A DNA stretch of 64,000 nucleotides from a virus. The notes under the pieces were generated by a model. That model did not search any database. It was not told where the DNA came from and worked only from the letters and a program-made list of their open reading frames with translations. The stretch lies in the IMG/VR virus record IMGVR_UViG_3300042864_001285, one strand, 5' to 3'. Below, piece by piece: positions 8,382-15,390 of the stretch (the stretch's first letter is position 1; each line of letters begins with the position of its first letter). The position numbers were made by a program, and so were the translations under genes.

Positions 8382-8409
8382 TTGCCATTCCTACCAGTAC
8401 CGCTATAAT
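8382..8409 (+). promoter_or_regulatory. sigma70-like promoter TTGCCA-N16-TATAAT
   Basis: An ATG follows 7 nt (ACCATCC) after the -10. Confidence 0.55.
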
Positions 8410-8416
8410 ACCATCC

Positions 8417-8659
8417 ATGACACAAACAAACACACCCAAACAATTCATTCAAGTCTCCGCACATAAGGACTCCAATAACTTTGCTCACTGGAGCAACCTG
8501 AGCCTAATGGCAAGCATGGGTCTGAATGCTGAACAAGCCCTCCGCCGTCTCCAGGCTATGGCTGATAACTATGCACTGAACGGATACACCATCGAATGGA
8601 TTCGGAATGATTTTGATTCGTTTGATGAAGAAATGTATGGAGATTTATTCAATGTATAA
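8417..8659 (+). CDS. hypothetical protein (80 aa), candidate leaderless
   Basis: It follows the promoter directly. From here onward the sequence is AT-rich. Confidence 0.5.
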   Translation: MTQTNTPKQFIQVSAHKDSNNFAHWSNLSLMASMGLNAEQALRRLQAMADNYALNGYTIEWIRNDFDSFDEEMYGDLFNV

Positions 8660-8867
8660 AGTTTCAAAACAAAACTATTTTCCCACTCTGAATTCTGCAT
8701 TAGAATCAGAAGGATTATTGGAATCTTGGGAACTTAACTTCCCTCCGCTCTCTTACGATTCTTCTTTCTCATATACTTTTGATGATGGTTCAAAGCACGG
8801 TCATTATGTTTCTCTCTATCGGGATTCTGATGGTCGTTATGAGCGCCCTGTTCATTATAAGCGGTAA
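8652..8867 (+). CDS. hypothetical protein (about 71 aa)
   Basis: The ATG overlaps the upstream stop. Confidence 0.35.
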   Translation: MYKVSKQNYFPTLNSALESEGLLESWELNFPPLSYDSSFSYTFDDGSKHGHYVSLYRDSDGRYERPVHYKR

Positions 8868-8870
8868 TTA

Positions 8871-9002
8871 TGTTTGATTTTTTTGGCTTTATACTTAATA
8901 TACTTAAAGCGGTTTTCATTTTTCTTTTTGTATTCATGTGGACAATCTTTATAATTCCCATATTTTACCATTTATTCAAATTCTTATTTCTCAATACTTG
9001 AC
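8871..9002 (+). CDS. 43-aa hydrophobic peptide (MFDFFGFILNILKAVFIFLFVFMWTIFIIPIFYHLFKFLFLNT)
   Basis: It overlaps the upstream stop by TAATTATG and is predicted to have 2 TM helices. It is not in the ORF track. Confidence 0.3.
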
Positions 9003-9030
9003 CGGACGGATGGAGAACTTTTCTAGTAGG

Positions 9031-9058
9031 TTGCCATTCTCTACGGAACCTGTATAAT
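9031..9058 (+). promoter_or_regulatory. sigma70-like promoter TTGCCA-N16-TATAAT
   Basis: TTGACCGG occurs at 8998-9005, just upstream. Confidence 0.55.
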
Positions 9059-9090
9059 TCTCTCTATTGAAACACAACAAGGACTTTTTT

Positions 9091-9258
9091 ATGAAACAAT
9101 ACTCTGTTTATTTTGACGGTTCATTCATTGAAGCTACTGGTTATTTTGAATCAGTTTCCAAGGTTCGTGCATTCTTGAAACTCCGTTATTCTAATACTAA
9201 CGGAATGACATTTCAAGCGGTTTATCCTGCTCTTGAACAAACTGTTTATGAGGTTTAA
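9091..9258 (+). CDS. hypothetical protein (55 aa)
   Basis: The SD ACAAGGAC precedes the ATG. Confidence 0.4.
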   Translation: MKQYSVYFDGSFIEATGYFESVSKVRAFLKLRYSNTNGMTFQAVYPALEQTVYEV

Positions 9259-9259
9259 T

Positions 9260-9454
9260 ATGAAAATTACTACTGCGATTTCTATCCTCGAAAAGGAACG
9301 GAACTTTCTCTCTATTGGTTTTCTTGAAGTCTTACAGGACATTCAGAAACATGGTCGTATGGTCTATTCTGAAAAGACTATGGAAGCGTTTTCTGTCTTT
9401 ATGGACGAAGGTGCTAAACTCTTTGCAACCGTTGATGAAAATGAGGAAGAATAA
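9260..9454 (+). CDS. hypothetical protein (64 aa)
   Basis: It overlaps the upstream gene by TAATATGA. Confidence 0.4.
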   Translation: MKITTAISILEKERNFLSIGFLEVLQDIQKHGRMVYSEKTMEAFSVFMDEGAKLFATVDENEEE

Positions 9455-9586
9455 TGTTTGTTATATCTGAAAAATTTGGTTTTCTCTATGAAGTATTCTA
9501 TTCTGGTACTTTTCTTGAAGCATTCTATACTCTCTCTGATGCTGAAGAATATGTAAACTTCACTAAATTTGAAATGGAGAATTATT

Positions 9587-9808
9587 ATGGCGCATGAAGT
9601 TTTCCGTTTCTGGTCACGGAGAGATACTGCCGCAGTGTTCACTAACATACCAGTTCATCTCCTGGATGAGTTTCGGTCCTATTACCCCGGTAAATACAAA
9701 ATCCGTTACCGTGGTCCACGTTCCCATCGGAGGAATGATTCTTGGATGAACCGTGCATCATATTGTCTCATGAAGGATGCAAAAACATTCTCGGCTTACC
9801 GTTATTAA
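9587..9808 (+). CDS. small basic protein (73 aa)
   Basis: The ATG follows an AT-rich leader. Confidence 0.35.
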   Translation: MAHEVFRFWSRRDTAAVFTNIPVHLLDEFRSYYPGKYKIRYRGPRSHRRNDSWMNRASYCLMKDAKTFSAYRY

Positions 9809-9823
9809 TAGGAGTATATAAAA

Positions 9824-10017
9824 TGAACGAACGAATTCTAGAACTTGCTGATAAGGCTGTTGAAGACATGCCCTCTGGTCCTTGGAACATTCCTGATGAA
9901 TTTTGCAAAAAATTCGCCGAGTTGATTGTTCGGGAATGTGTCAATGTTGTTAGTAAAGCAACTGCTAGTCCAACTGGATATCAGGCTCTTATGAAACATT
10001 TTGGAGTTGAAGAATGA
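9824..10017 (+). CDS. hypothetical protein, paralog A
   Basis: It has an AGGAG SD. The FAELIVRE...KHFGVEE pattern is shared with the next gene. Confidence 0.45.
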
Positions 10018-10244
10018 ATGAAATAATGAAAGAACTTTCAAATATTGCATACATGAACCACATGGAGAGGAATCCACATTCTTCTTTTGGTCGCCGATAC
10101 GATTATGATAAAGAGTTCGCCGAGTTAATTCTCAAAGAAACTATCTCCGTCCTACAAAAACGGTTCATGGGTGATTTGAACCGTGAGGACATGGAAGTCC
10201 GTAGGTGTATTGCAGACGTAAAAAAACATTTTGGGATTGAATGA
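10014..10244 (+). CDS. hypothetical protein, paralog B
   Basis: It overlaps the upstream gene by ATGA. The FAELILKE...KHFGIE pattern matches the upstream gene. Confidence 0.45.
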   Translation: MNEIMKELSNIAYMNHMERNPHSSFGRRYDYDKEFAELILKETISVLQKRFMGDLNREDMEVRRCIADVKKHFGIE

Positions 10245-10408
10245 TGGACGAACAAACTAAAGAATATTTTGATTATCTCGTTGCACTACGGGATTCTGGT
10301 GCCACCAATATGTGGGGTGCGGCACCGTATCTGGAAACTGAATTCGGTATTTCTCGCACCGAAGCTAGGAAGGTTCTGGTTGCATGGATTGAATCATTCA
10401 ATAAATGA
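10241..10408 (+). CDS. hypothetical protein (55 aa; YLVALRDSGATNMWGAAPYL motif)
   Basis: It overlaps the upstream gene by ATGA and is not in the ORF track. I preferred it over the antisense ORF 10273..10458. Confidence 0.35.
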   Translation: MMDEQTKEYFDYLVALRDSGATNMWGAAPYLETEFGISRTEARKVLVAWIESFNK

Positions 10409-10423
10409 GAACTTCTAGCTGAC

Positions 10424-10452
10424 TTGCCAAGTACCAAGGACTCTGGTACAAT
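10424..10452 (+). promoter_or_regulatory. sigma70-like promoter TTGCCA-N17-TACAAT
   Basis: The sequence reads ttgccaagtaccaaggactctggtacaat. Confidence 0.5.
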
Positions 10453-10482
10453 AGACACACAAACACTTGAAAAGGAAATCTC

Positions 10483-10893
10483 ATGGGTACACGTTCACTC
10501 ACTTTTGTTTATACCGACCATTATGGCTCTACCACTGGTCCTGAGCCTATTATCAATATGTACCGCCAGTTTGACGGCTACCCAACTGGTCATGGCTCCG
10601 AACTATCCGCATTCTTGAATCAGTTTGAAGCCATCACCAATGGTATTCCTGTTGGTGATACACGGAAACTGGCTAATGGCATGGGTTGCTTAGCCGCCCA
10701 ATTGGTAGCACATTTTAAAGTTGGTGCTGGTGGTTTCTATCTCTACCCAGTTTCATCCGATGATTGTGGTCAAGAATATGAATACCACATTTACTCCGAC
10801 CGTATCACCGTTTTTGGTTGGGAACGTGAGCACCTGTTTACTGGTCCATGGGTTCAATTCACTAAATTTTGCACTGAAAAGGAGAATGCATAA
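10483..10893 (+). CDS. hypothetical protein (136 aa)
   Basis: The SD AAAAGGAAA precedes the ATG. Confidence 0.5.
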   Translation: MGTRSLTFVYTDHYGSTTGPEPIINMYRQFDGYPTGHGSELSAFLNQFEAITNGIPVGDTRKLANGMGCLAAQLVAHFKVGAGGFYLYPVSSDDCGQEYEYHIYSDRITVFGWEREHLFTGPWVQFTKFCTEKENA

Positions 10894-11123
10894 TGCCGTA
10901 CGTAAACACCTATGTTGATTCTGAGGATATTCTTGATGAACTCTCTGATGATGAACTTATTACCGAACTGGAAAAACGGGGTAAGGACTATAATCTAAAT
11001 TTTGTTGATGGTGATAAAATGAAAGAGGTTCTCCAGTCACTCTATGAAAAGCGTAGGATTGGTAACGATTATCAATCTGAACTAGACCAATTGATTTACG
11101 GCATTCTCGGTAAAGTTATTTAA
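10893..11123 (+). CDS. hypothetical acidic protein (76 aa)
   Basis: It overlaps the upstream gene by TAATG. Confidence 0.45.
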   Translation: MPYVNTYVDSEDILDELSDDELITELEKRGKDYNLNFVDGDKMKEVLQSLYEKRRIGNDYQSELDQLIYGILGKVI

Positions 11124-11134
11124 AGGAGTATATT

Positions 11135-11554
11135 ATGGATGATTTTGATTTTGAAGATGGTCCGATTGTCATTTCATATGATAATGTGATGAGGGCGAAG
11201 GACTTTCTACCCATTACCCGTACACTGGCAATGGACCTCTCTGAGTCTGGTTATATTCGACCAGGTGATTTTCTAAAGGCACTCACGGATTCGGATGTAG
11301 ATGCACTTCTAAAAATTGCCGATAATGAGGAAAACCCACGCCTTTCGGAAATTCTATTGATTTCGGAGATGCTAGCCACCGGTGAAGGCCTCGAACAATC
11401 ACAAGACTCCGATGGGATTACACTCCGTATGAATTCATTCTGTGGTTTCCTTGCTATTGAAGGACTCTCCCGTAAAGGGTTAGTGAAGGTTTACCATGAG
11501 AATATCTCATTTGGCGAAGATTTTGGAAATAAAATTATTGTGGAAAAACTATGA
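11135..11554 (+). CDS. hypothetical protein (139 aa)
   Basis: The SD AGGAG precedes the ATG. Confidence 0.5.
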   Translation: MDDFDFEDGPIVISYDNVMRAKDFLPITRTLAMDLSESGYIRPGDFLKALTDSDVDALLKIADNEENPRLSEILLISEMLATGEGLEQSQDSDGITLRMNSFCGFLAIEGLSRKGLVKVYHENISFGEDFGNKIIVEKL

Positions 11555-11781
11555 CTGTACCTGTAGAACGTACTAGTGCGGTGATTCGAACTGAAAAGTT
11601 TCTTATCTCACTACTTGATCCAAAGAAAACACCACGTGTGCCTCTATCCGTTCGGAGGGATGCAAAGTCACTGCTCCGTCATTATCCATCGGAGTTTGAT
11701 ATGAATACGATTGCCGACCGTGAGGATGGTGTTGGTAACAAGATGTGTATTCACAAGATTTTTGGTAAGGATTATAAATGA
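11551..11781 (+). CDS. hypothetical protein (76 aa)
   Basis: It overlaps the upstream gene by ATGA. Confidence 0.45.
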   Translation: MTVPVERTSAVIRTEKFLISLLDPKKTPRVPLSVRRDAKSLLRHYPSEFDMNTIADREDGVGNKMCIHKIFGKDYK

Positions 11782-12215
11782 GATTTTTTCTTGATACTGA
11801 ATTTAATGGCTTTGGTGGTAAACTAATGTCGATGGCTCTGGTGCCAGAGAATGATTCTAAACCCGAATTCTATGTGGAACTGGAGATGAATGACCAGCTG
11901 GACCCATGGGTGCGCGAGAATGTGGTGCCTCACCTTTTTCAGCCTCCGGTTACTCGGCAAGAGTTTCAACTCTCATTCTCAAGGTACCTCCTGAATATTG
12001 AATATGACGAAATCATAATCGTTGCAGATTGGCCAGATGATATTCGATATTTCTGTGAAGCAATGATTACAGGTCCCGGTGAGAGAATTGTAATGCCAAC
12101 GAATATTAAGTTTGAACTCAACTTTAGTATTGAGTATGAATCATTGGTGCCACATAATGCACTTCATGATGCAAGAGCGATTCGTGATTCTTATATGAAA
12201 AGAGAATATAAATGA
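11778..12215 (+). CDS. DEDD-type 3-prime to 5-prime exonuclease (Rv2179c-like small exoribonuclease family)
   Basis: The N-terminus MRFFLDTEFNG carries the Exo I D-x-E motif. HNALHDA near the C-terminus is the H-x4-D motif. Confidence 0.55.
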   Translation: MRFFLDTEFNGFGGKLMSMALVPENDSKPEFYVELEMNDQLDPWVRENVVPHLFQPPVTRQEFQLSFSRYLLNIEYDEIIIVADWPDDIRYFCEAMITGPGERIVMPTNIKFELNFSIEYESLVPHNALHDARAIRDSYMKREYK

Positions 12216-12553
12216 GCCTTGATGTAAATTTGATGGTGGTGCAACCGGTGTCGATTTATTACAATAATATCACACACAATCTAGGTAAAATGGCCGGAGA
12301 GGTTAAACTCTCAAATGGCCTGTCACTGTATGATGTGATGTGGCGACCTGATGAGCACTCCTTGAAGTTTGCGAAAGATATATCCGAACTCCTGGATGAA
12401 GGATGGAATATTCTGCTATCTGACCCGGAACATTTTAAGACCTTTAACCCTGAGAATGGTTGGGGTTCATATGATGGTCTTCAGAATTTTGTATACAAGT
12501 ATCGTAATGCATGTTTCGATAATCCTGATGCTGAACTGAGTATATCAAGATGA
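12212..12553 (+). CDS. hypothetical protein (113 aa)
   Basis: It overlaps the upstream gene by ATGA. Confidence 0.45.
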   Translation: MSLDVNLMVVQPVSIYYNNITHNLGKMAGEVKLSNGLSLYDVMWRPDEHSLKFAKDISELLDEGWNILLSDPEHFKTFNPENGWGSYDGLQNFVYKYRNACFDNPDAELSISR

Positions 12554-13023
12554 ACAAAAAACCTAAACTATACATGCTGGTCGGTGTACCAGGTTCTGGA
12601 AAGTCCACTTGGGTGAAGAACCAAGAGTTTTGGATGAAAGATTGTGCGTACATTTCCACCGACAAGTATGTGGAAGAATGGGCTGAAAGTGTTGGTAAAA
12701 CCTATACCGAAGTGTTTGAAGAATACATGCCCGTAGCCGTTACAAGGATGGCAGGTGCCGTGAATGCCGCACGTGATGTGGGAAAGGACATTATCTGGGA
12801 CCAAACCTCTACCACTATTGCCACAAGGGCGAAGAAATTCCGAATGCTCCCGGAATATTATGCGATTGCTGTGGTTTTTCGGATCCCAGAGCCGGAAGAA
12901 CTCCAGAAAAGGCTTGCCAGCCGACCTGGAAAAGTGATACCATCGGAGGTACTACAATCTATGATTGATAGGTGGGAAGAACCCACATTGGAAGAAGGCT
13001 TTAATGAAATTTGGAGAACATAA
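12550..13023 (+). CDS. P-loop kinase resembling the N-terminal 5-prime kinase domain of T4 polynucleotide kinase (no phosphatase domain)
   Basis: Walker A VGVPGSGKST is present. The segment KVIPSEVLQSMIDRWEEP parallels T4 Pnk KAVPIDVLRSMYKSMRE (recalled). Confidence 0.5.
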   Translation: MNKKPKLYMLVGVPGSGKSTWVKNQEFWMKDCAYISTDKYVEEWAESVGKTYTEVFEEYMPVAVTRMAGAVNAARDVGKDIIWDQTSTTIATRAKKFRMLPEYYAIAVVFRIPEPEELQKRLASRPGKVIPSEVLQSMIDRWEEPTLEEGFNEIWRT

Positions 13024-13217
13024 TGACAGAAAAACTTGAAATTGATTGTGAAACGGCTGACCGTATTACTTTGTTGGCACTCAAAGACCACAGAAAATAC
13101 CTTAAAAAGGAATTGAAACGCCACAGGAAGGGTGAATGGTTGCATCCAGAGGATGTTGTGTACAATACACAATTACTTGAAGCACTGGATGTTATTATTG
13201 ATTATTATGGTGGTTAA
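13023..13217 (+). CDS. hypothetical protein (about 64 aa)
   Basis: It overlaps the upstream gene by TAATG. Confidence 0.4.
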   Translation: MTEKLEIDCETADRITLLALKDHRKYLKKELKRHRKGEWLHPEDVVYNTQLLEALDVIIDYYGG

Positions 13218-13418
13218 ATGAAAGAGCCAATCGTAAAATCTGATATCAATCGACACCTTCATGCCATGCTAGGCCGTTCCGAACTGGTTGATGGATGGTG
13301 GGATTCACCAAACAAGGCATTTGATGGTAAAACACCTAATGAGGTGTACCAAACTGGTGCGGAAGGTCGGCTGAGTGTTTATCAATACGTGATTGGTTGT
13401 TCCGATGAGCATTGGTGA
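13218..13418 (+). CDS. DUF2384-like (Xre/MbcA/ParS antitoxin toxin-binding domain) orphan protein
   Basis: GWWDSPNKAFDGKTPNEVYQTGAEGRLSVYQYVIG matches the W..PN.aLgG.TP.e...t..G...V...L..i..G signature as I remember it. Confidence 0.45.
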   Translation: MKEPIVKSDINRHLHAMLGRSELVDGWWDSPNKAFDGKTPNEVYQTGAEGRLSVYQYVIGCSDEHW

Positions 13419-13490
13419 AATGTTGTAAAAAAACAACAAAAGGCAATCTTTATGGTTGCCTTTTTTTTATATATGGTATATAATAGAGTT
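13419..13490 (+). repeat. PeSL-like cassette, copy 1 (two hairpins + T-run + TTGCCT-N17-TATAAT)
   Basis: The hairpin aaaggcaa-tctttatgg-ttgccttt is followed by T8, then TATAAT at 13479-13484. It is nearly identical to the copy at 14895-14975. Confidence 0.65.
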
Positions 13491-13509
13491 TTCAATAATT
13501 GGACCTAAA

Positions 13510-14895
13510 ATGGCAAAACAACATAGTGTAACAGTAGCGTTGAATCGTACAATGAAACTTATTTCCACCAATATGCGGTATTTTAGGGAAAGAGTTGCTC
13601 TTGATACATCTTTTCAATCTGAAAGTCGATGGGAAGAAAAACAAGCCACAGCATATATGACCTCACTTATTACTGGTATGGCACCATCAAAAATTGTTGT
13701 TGCTAATATCAAAGAGTGTATGGACAAATGCATGGTAGAATCAAAAGATTATGAATACTACAATGATTGGCTTCAAAAAGGTTTTGAATGGATTTCCATT
13801 GACGGAAATAACCGTACTATCACAATCGACCAATATCTGAATGGTTCTGTTAAATTAAAGCATGGTCAATATCCATTGCCCAATGGTGTCGTTGATATCA
13901 ATGATAAGAATGACACATACAAAAAGCATCCAAAAATTCTTTTAGATTTTATTGAAAGTAGTGTCGAGATTACTGTTGCTGAGTATGTTTCTGCCACACG
14001 TAATGATTTGTCCAATATTTTCATTAACGTGAATGATGGTGTTTCACTGAATGCACAAGAATTACGTAATGCACGTTTGGTGCCATTTGCTGGTTGGGTG
14101 CGTGACACTGTAAAGAAACATAAGAATGAATTCCGTAAAGTATTTACCACGGAAAAACAAGAGAAGCGCCGATTGATTGACGATTTTGTTGTTGGTCTTG
14201 CCATCTATTCTTCTTTTGGTGCTGAACATGGTGTTGCAAAATCTGATAAAGATAATGCATATGAAGATGATTCTGTTGTATCAAAACAAACTAAGAATGC
14301 AAGTTCTAGTATTGATTCGATGTGCAAGATTGTCAAGAAACATGCAACAACTGGATTTAAAGACCATTCGACAATGTTGAATTTCTATATGGTGATTGAT
14401 TATCTCCGTAAAAACAATTTTGGTATTATCGATGACGCAAAACTATTTCAATGGTTTATGCGTACAGAGAATCGCCGCCTTGGAAGTAAAAAGATTCTGG
14501 TAGAATCTCCAAAATCAGGTGAACTCCGTACATATGCATCATGTTGCAATACAATGTCAAAGTTAGAATTAACGGCACGTTATAAAGCCATTATGGAAGA
14601 CTTTGAAATTATTGAAAGCGGTATCGTAGCACAACGGGACTCTGAACGCCTTTTCACACCACAACAAAGGTATGAAGCATGGGCACGCCAAGCTGGTGTA
14701 TGTCCAATAACTGGTGAACATATTCCAGAGGAGGAAATTAACGACCATGAAAAATGGGCGGCAGACCACATTGTTCCACACACCTTTGGTGGTCCATCCA
14801 AAGGTACCGATGGTACAAATAACTGCCAATTGGTTGCGAAGTCTGCCAATCTTAAAAAAGGTAGTAAAATGACACTCGGAGAAGTTCTGGTCTAA
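13510..14895 (+). CDS. DUF262 (ParB/GmrS-like NTPase) + C-terminal HNH/His-Me nuclease fusion; GmrSD-family-like or free-standing HNH endonuclease
   Basis: IDGNNRT matches the DGQQR DUF262 motif. The C-terminus CPITGEH...DHIVPHTFGG...NCQLVAKSANLKKG is an HNH pattern. I placed the start at the ATG at 13510, downstream of the promoter, rather than at 13456. Confidence 0.6.
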   Translation: MAKQHSVTVALNRTMKLISTNMRYFRERVALDTSFQSESRWEEKQATAYMTSLITGMAPSKIVVANIKECMDKCMVESKDYEYYNDWLQKGFEWISIDGNNRTITIDQYLNGSVKLKHGQYPLPNGVVDINDKNDTYKKHPKILLDFIESSVEITVAEYVSATRNDLSNIFINVNDGVSLNAQELRNARLVPFAGWVRDTVKKHKNEFRKVFTTEKQEKRRLIDDFVVGLAIYSSFGAEHGVAKSDKDNAYEDDSVVSKQTKNASSSIDSMCKIVKKHATTGFKDHSTMLNFYMVIDYLRKNNFGIIDDAKLFQWFMRTENRRLGSKKILVESPKSGELRTYASCCNTMSKLELTARYKAIMEDFEIIESGIVAQRDSERLFTPQQRYEAWARQAGVCPITGEHIPEEEINDHEKWAADHIVPHTFGGPSKGTDGTNNCQLVAKSANLKKGSKMTLGEVLV

Positions 14896-14975
14896 GTGTT
14901 GTACCAAAACAACAAAGGCAATCTTTATGGTTGCCTTTTTTTTGGTTTCTGGTATAATAGAGTCTTATTCAATGT
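14895..14975 (+). repeat. PeSL-like cassette, copy 2 (direct repeat of 13419-13490)
   Basis: The hairpin aaaggcaa-tctttatgg-ttgccttt is followed by a T-run, then TTGCCT-N16-TATAAT at 14931-14958. Confidence 0.65.
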
Positions 14976-14987
14976 GAAAGGCATGTA

Positions 14988-15239
14988 ATGCGTACAAAAC
15001 AACTGATTTGGGGTCTGAATAACACTCAGAAGTTCCGTGCTATCGTGAATGGTGTTGGCTTCATTATGAAGGTGAAAGACCTTGAAGATAAATTTGTGTT
15101 CACCACACAGAGGGTTGCAGTATGGAATGCATTGGCAACCTGTGCAAGAGAAAACGTTAGTGGTTTTGGTACCACATACACCTACTATGATGAAAAGATG
15201 GTGGCCACTAAGGTGGATATACAGGTGAACCTTCTTTGA
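14988..15239 (+). CDS. hypothetical protein (83 aa)
   Basis: It lies downstream of the copy-2 promoter. Confidence 0.45.
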   Translation: MRTKQLIWGLNNTQKFRAIVNGVGFIMKVKDLEDKFVFTTQRVAVWNALATCARENVSGFGTTYTYYDEKMVATKVDIQVNLL

Positions 15240-15347
15240 AGGATGGACATACCTACTTATGCAACAAACAAGAATGGAAAGAGGTTAATATGGATATAAA
15301 CTGGTACATGATTGTTGTCTCCATGCAACATGTCTACCAAAAAATGG

Positions 15348-15376
15348 TTGCCATCTGGCAAAAACTGTGATATAAT
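15348..15376 (+). promoter_or_regulatory. sigma70-like promoter TTGCCA-N17-TATAAT
   Basis: It shares the ggttgcc and tataataga motifs with the PeSL copies. Confidence 0.5.
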
Positions 15377-15390
15377 AGAAACACCTTGTT

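Noticed and set aside
7883-8408. ORFs 7883..8314 (-), 7975..8250 (-), 7942..8166 (+) and 8151..8408 (+) in the DnaA-box region
   Set aside because: They span a repeat-rich and promoter-rich stretch. They have no RBS or promoter-coupled start, and their translations are low-complexity. I treat the region as noncoding.
10273-10458. 61-aa minus-strand ORF
   Set aside because: It is antisense to a better-supported plus-strand small gene (10241..10408, ATGA-coupled) and overlaps the plus-strand promoter at 10424.
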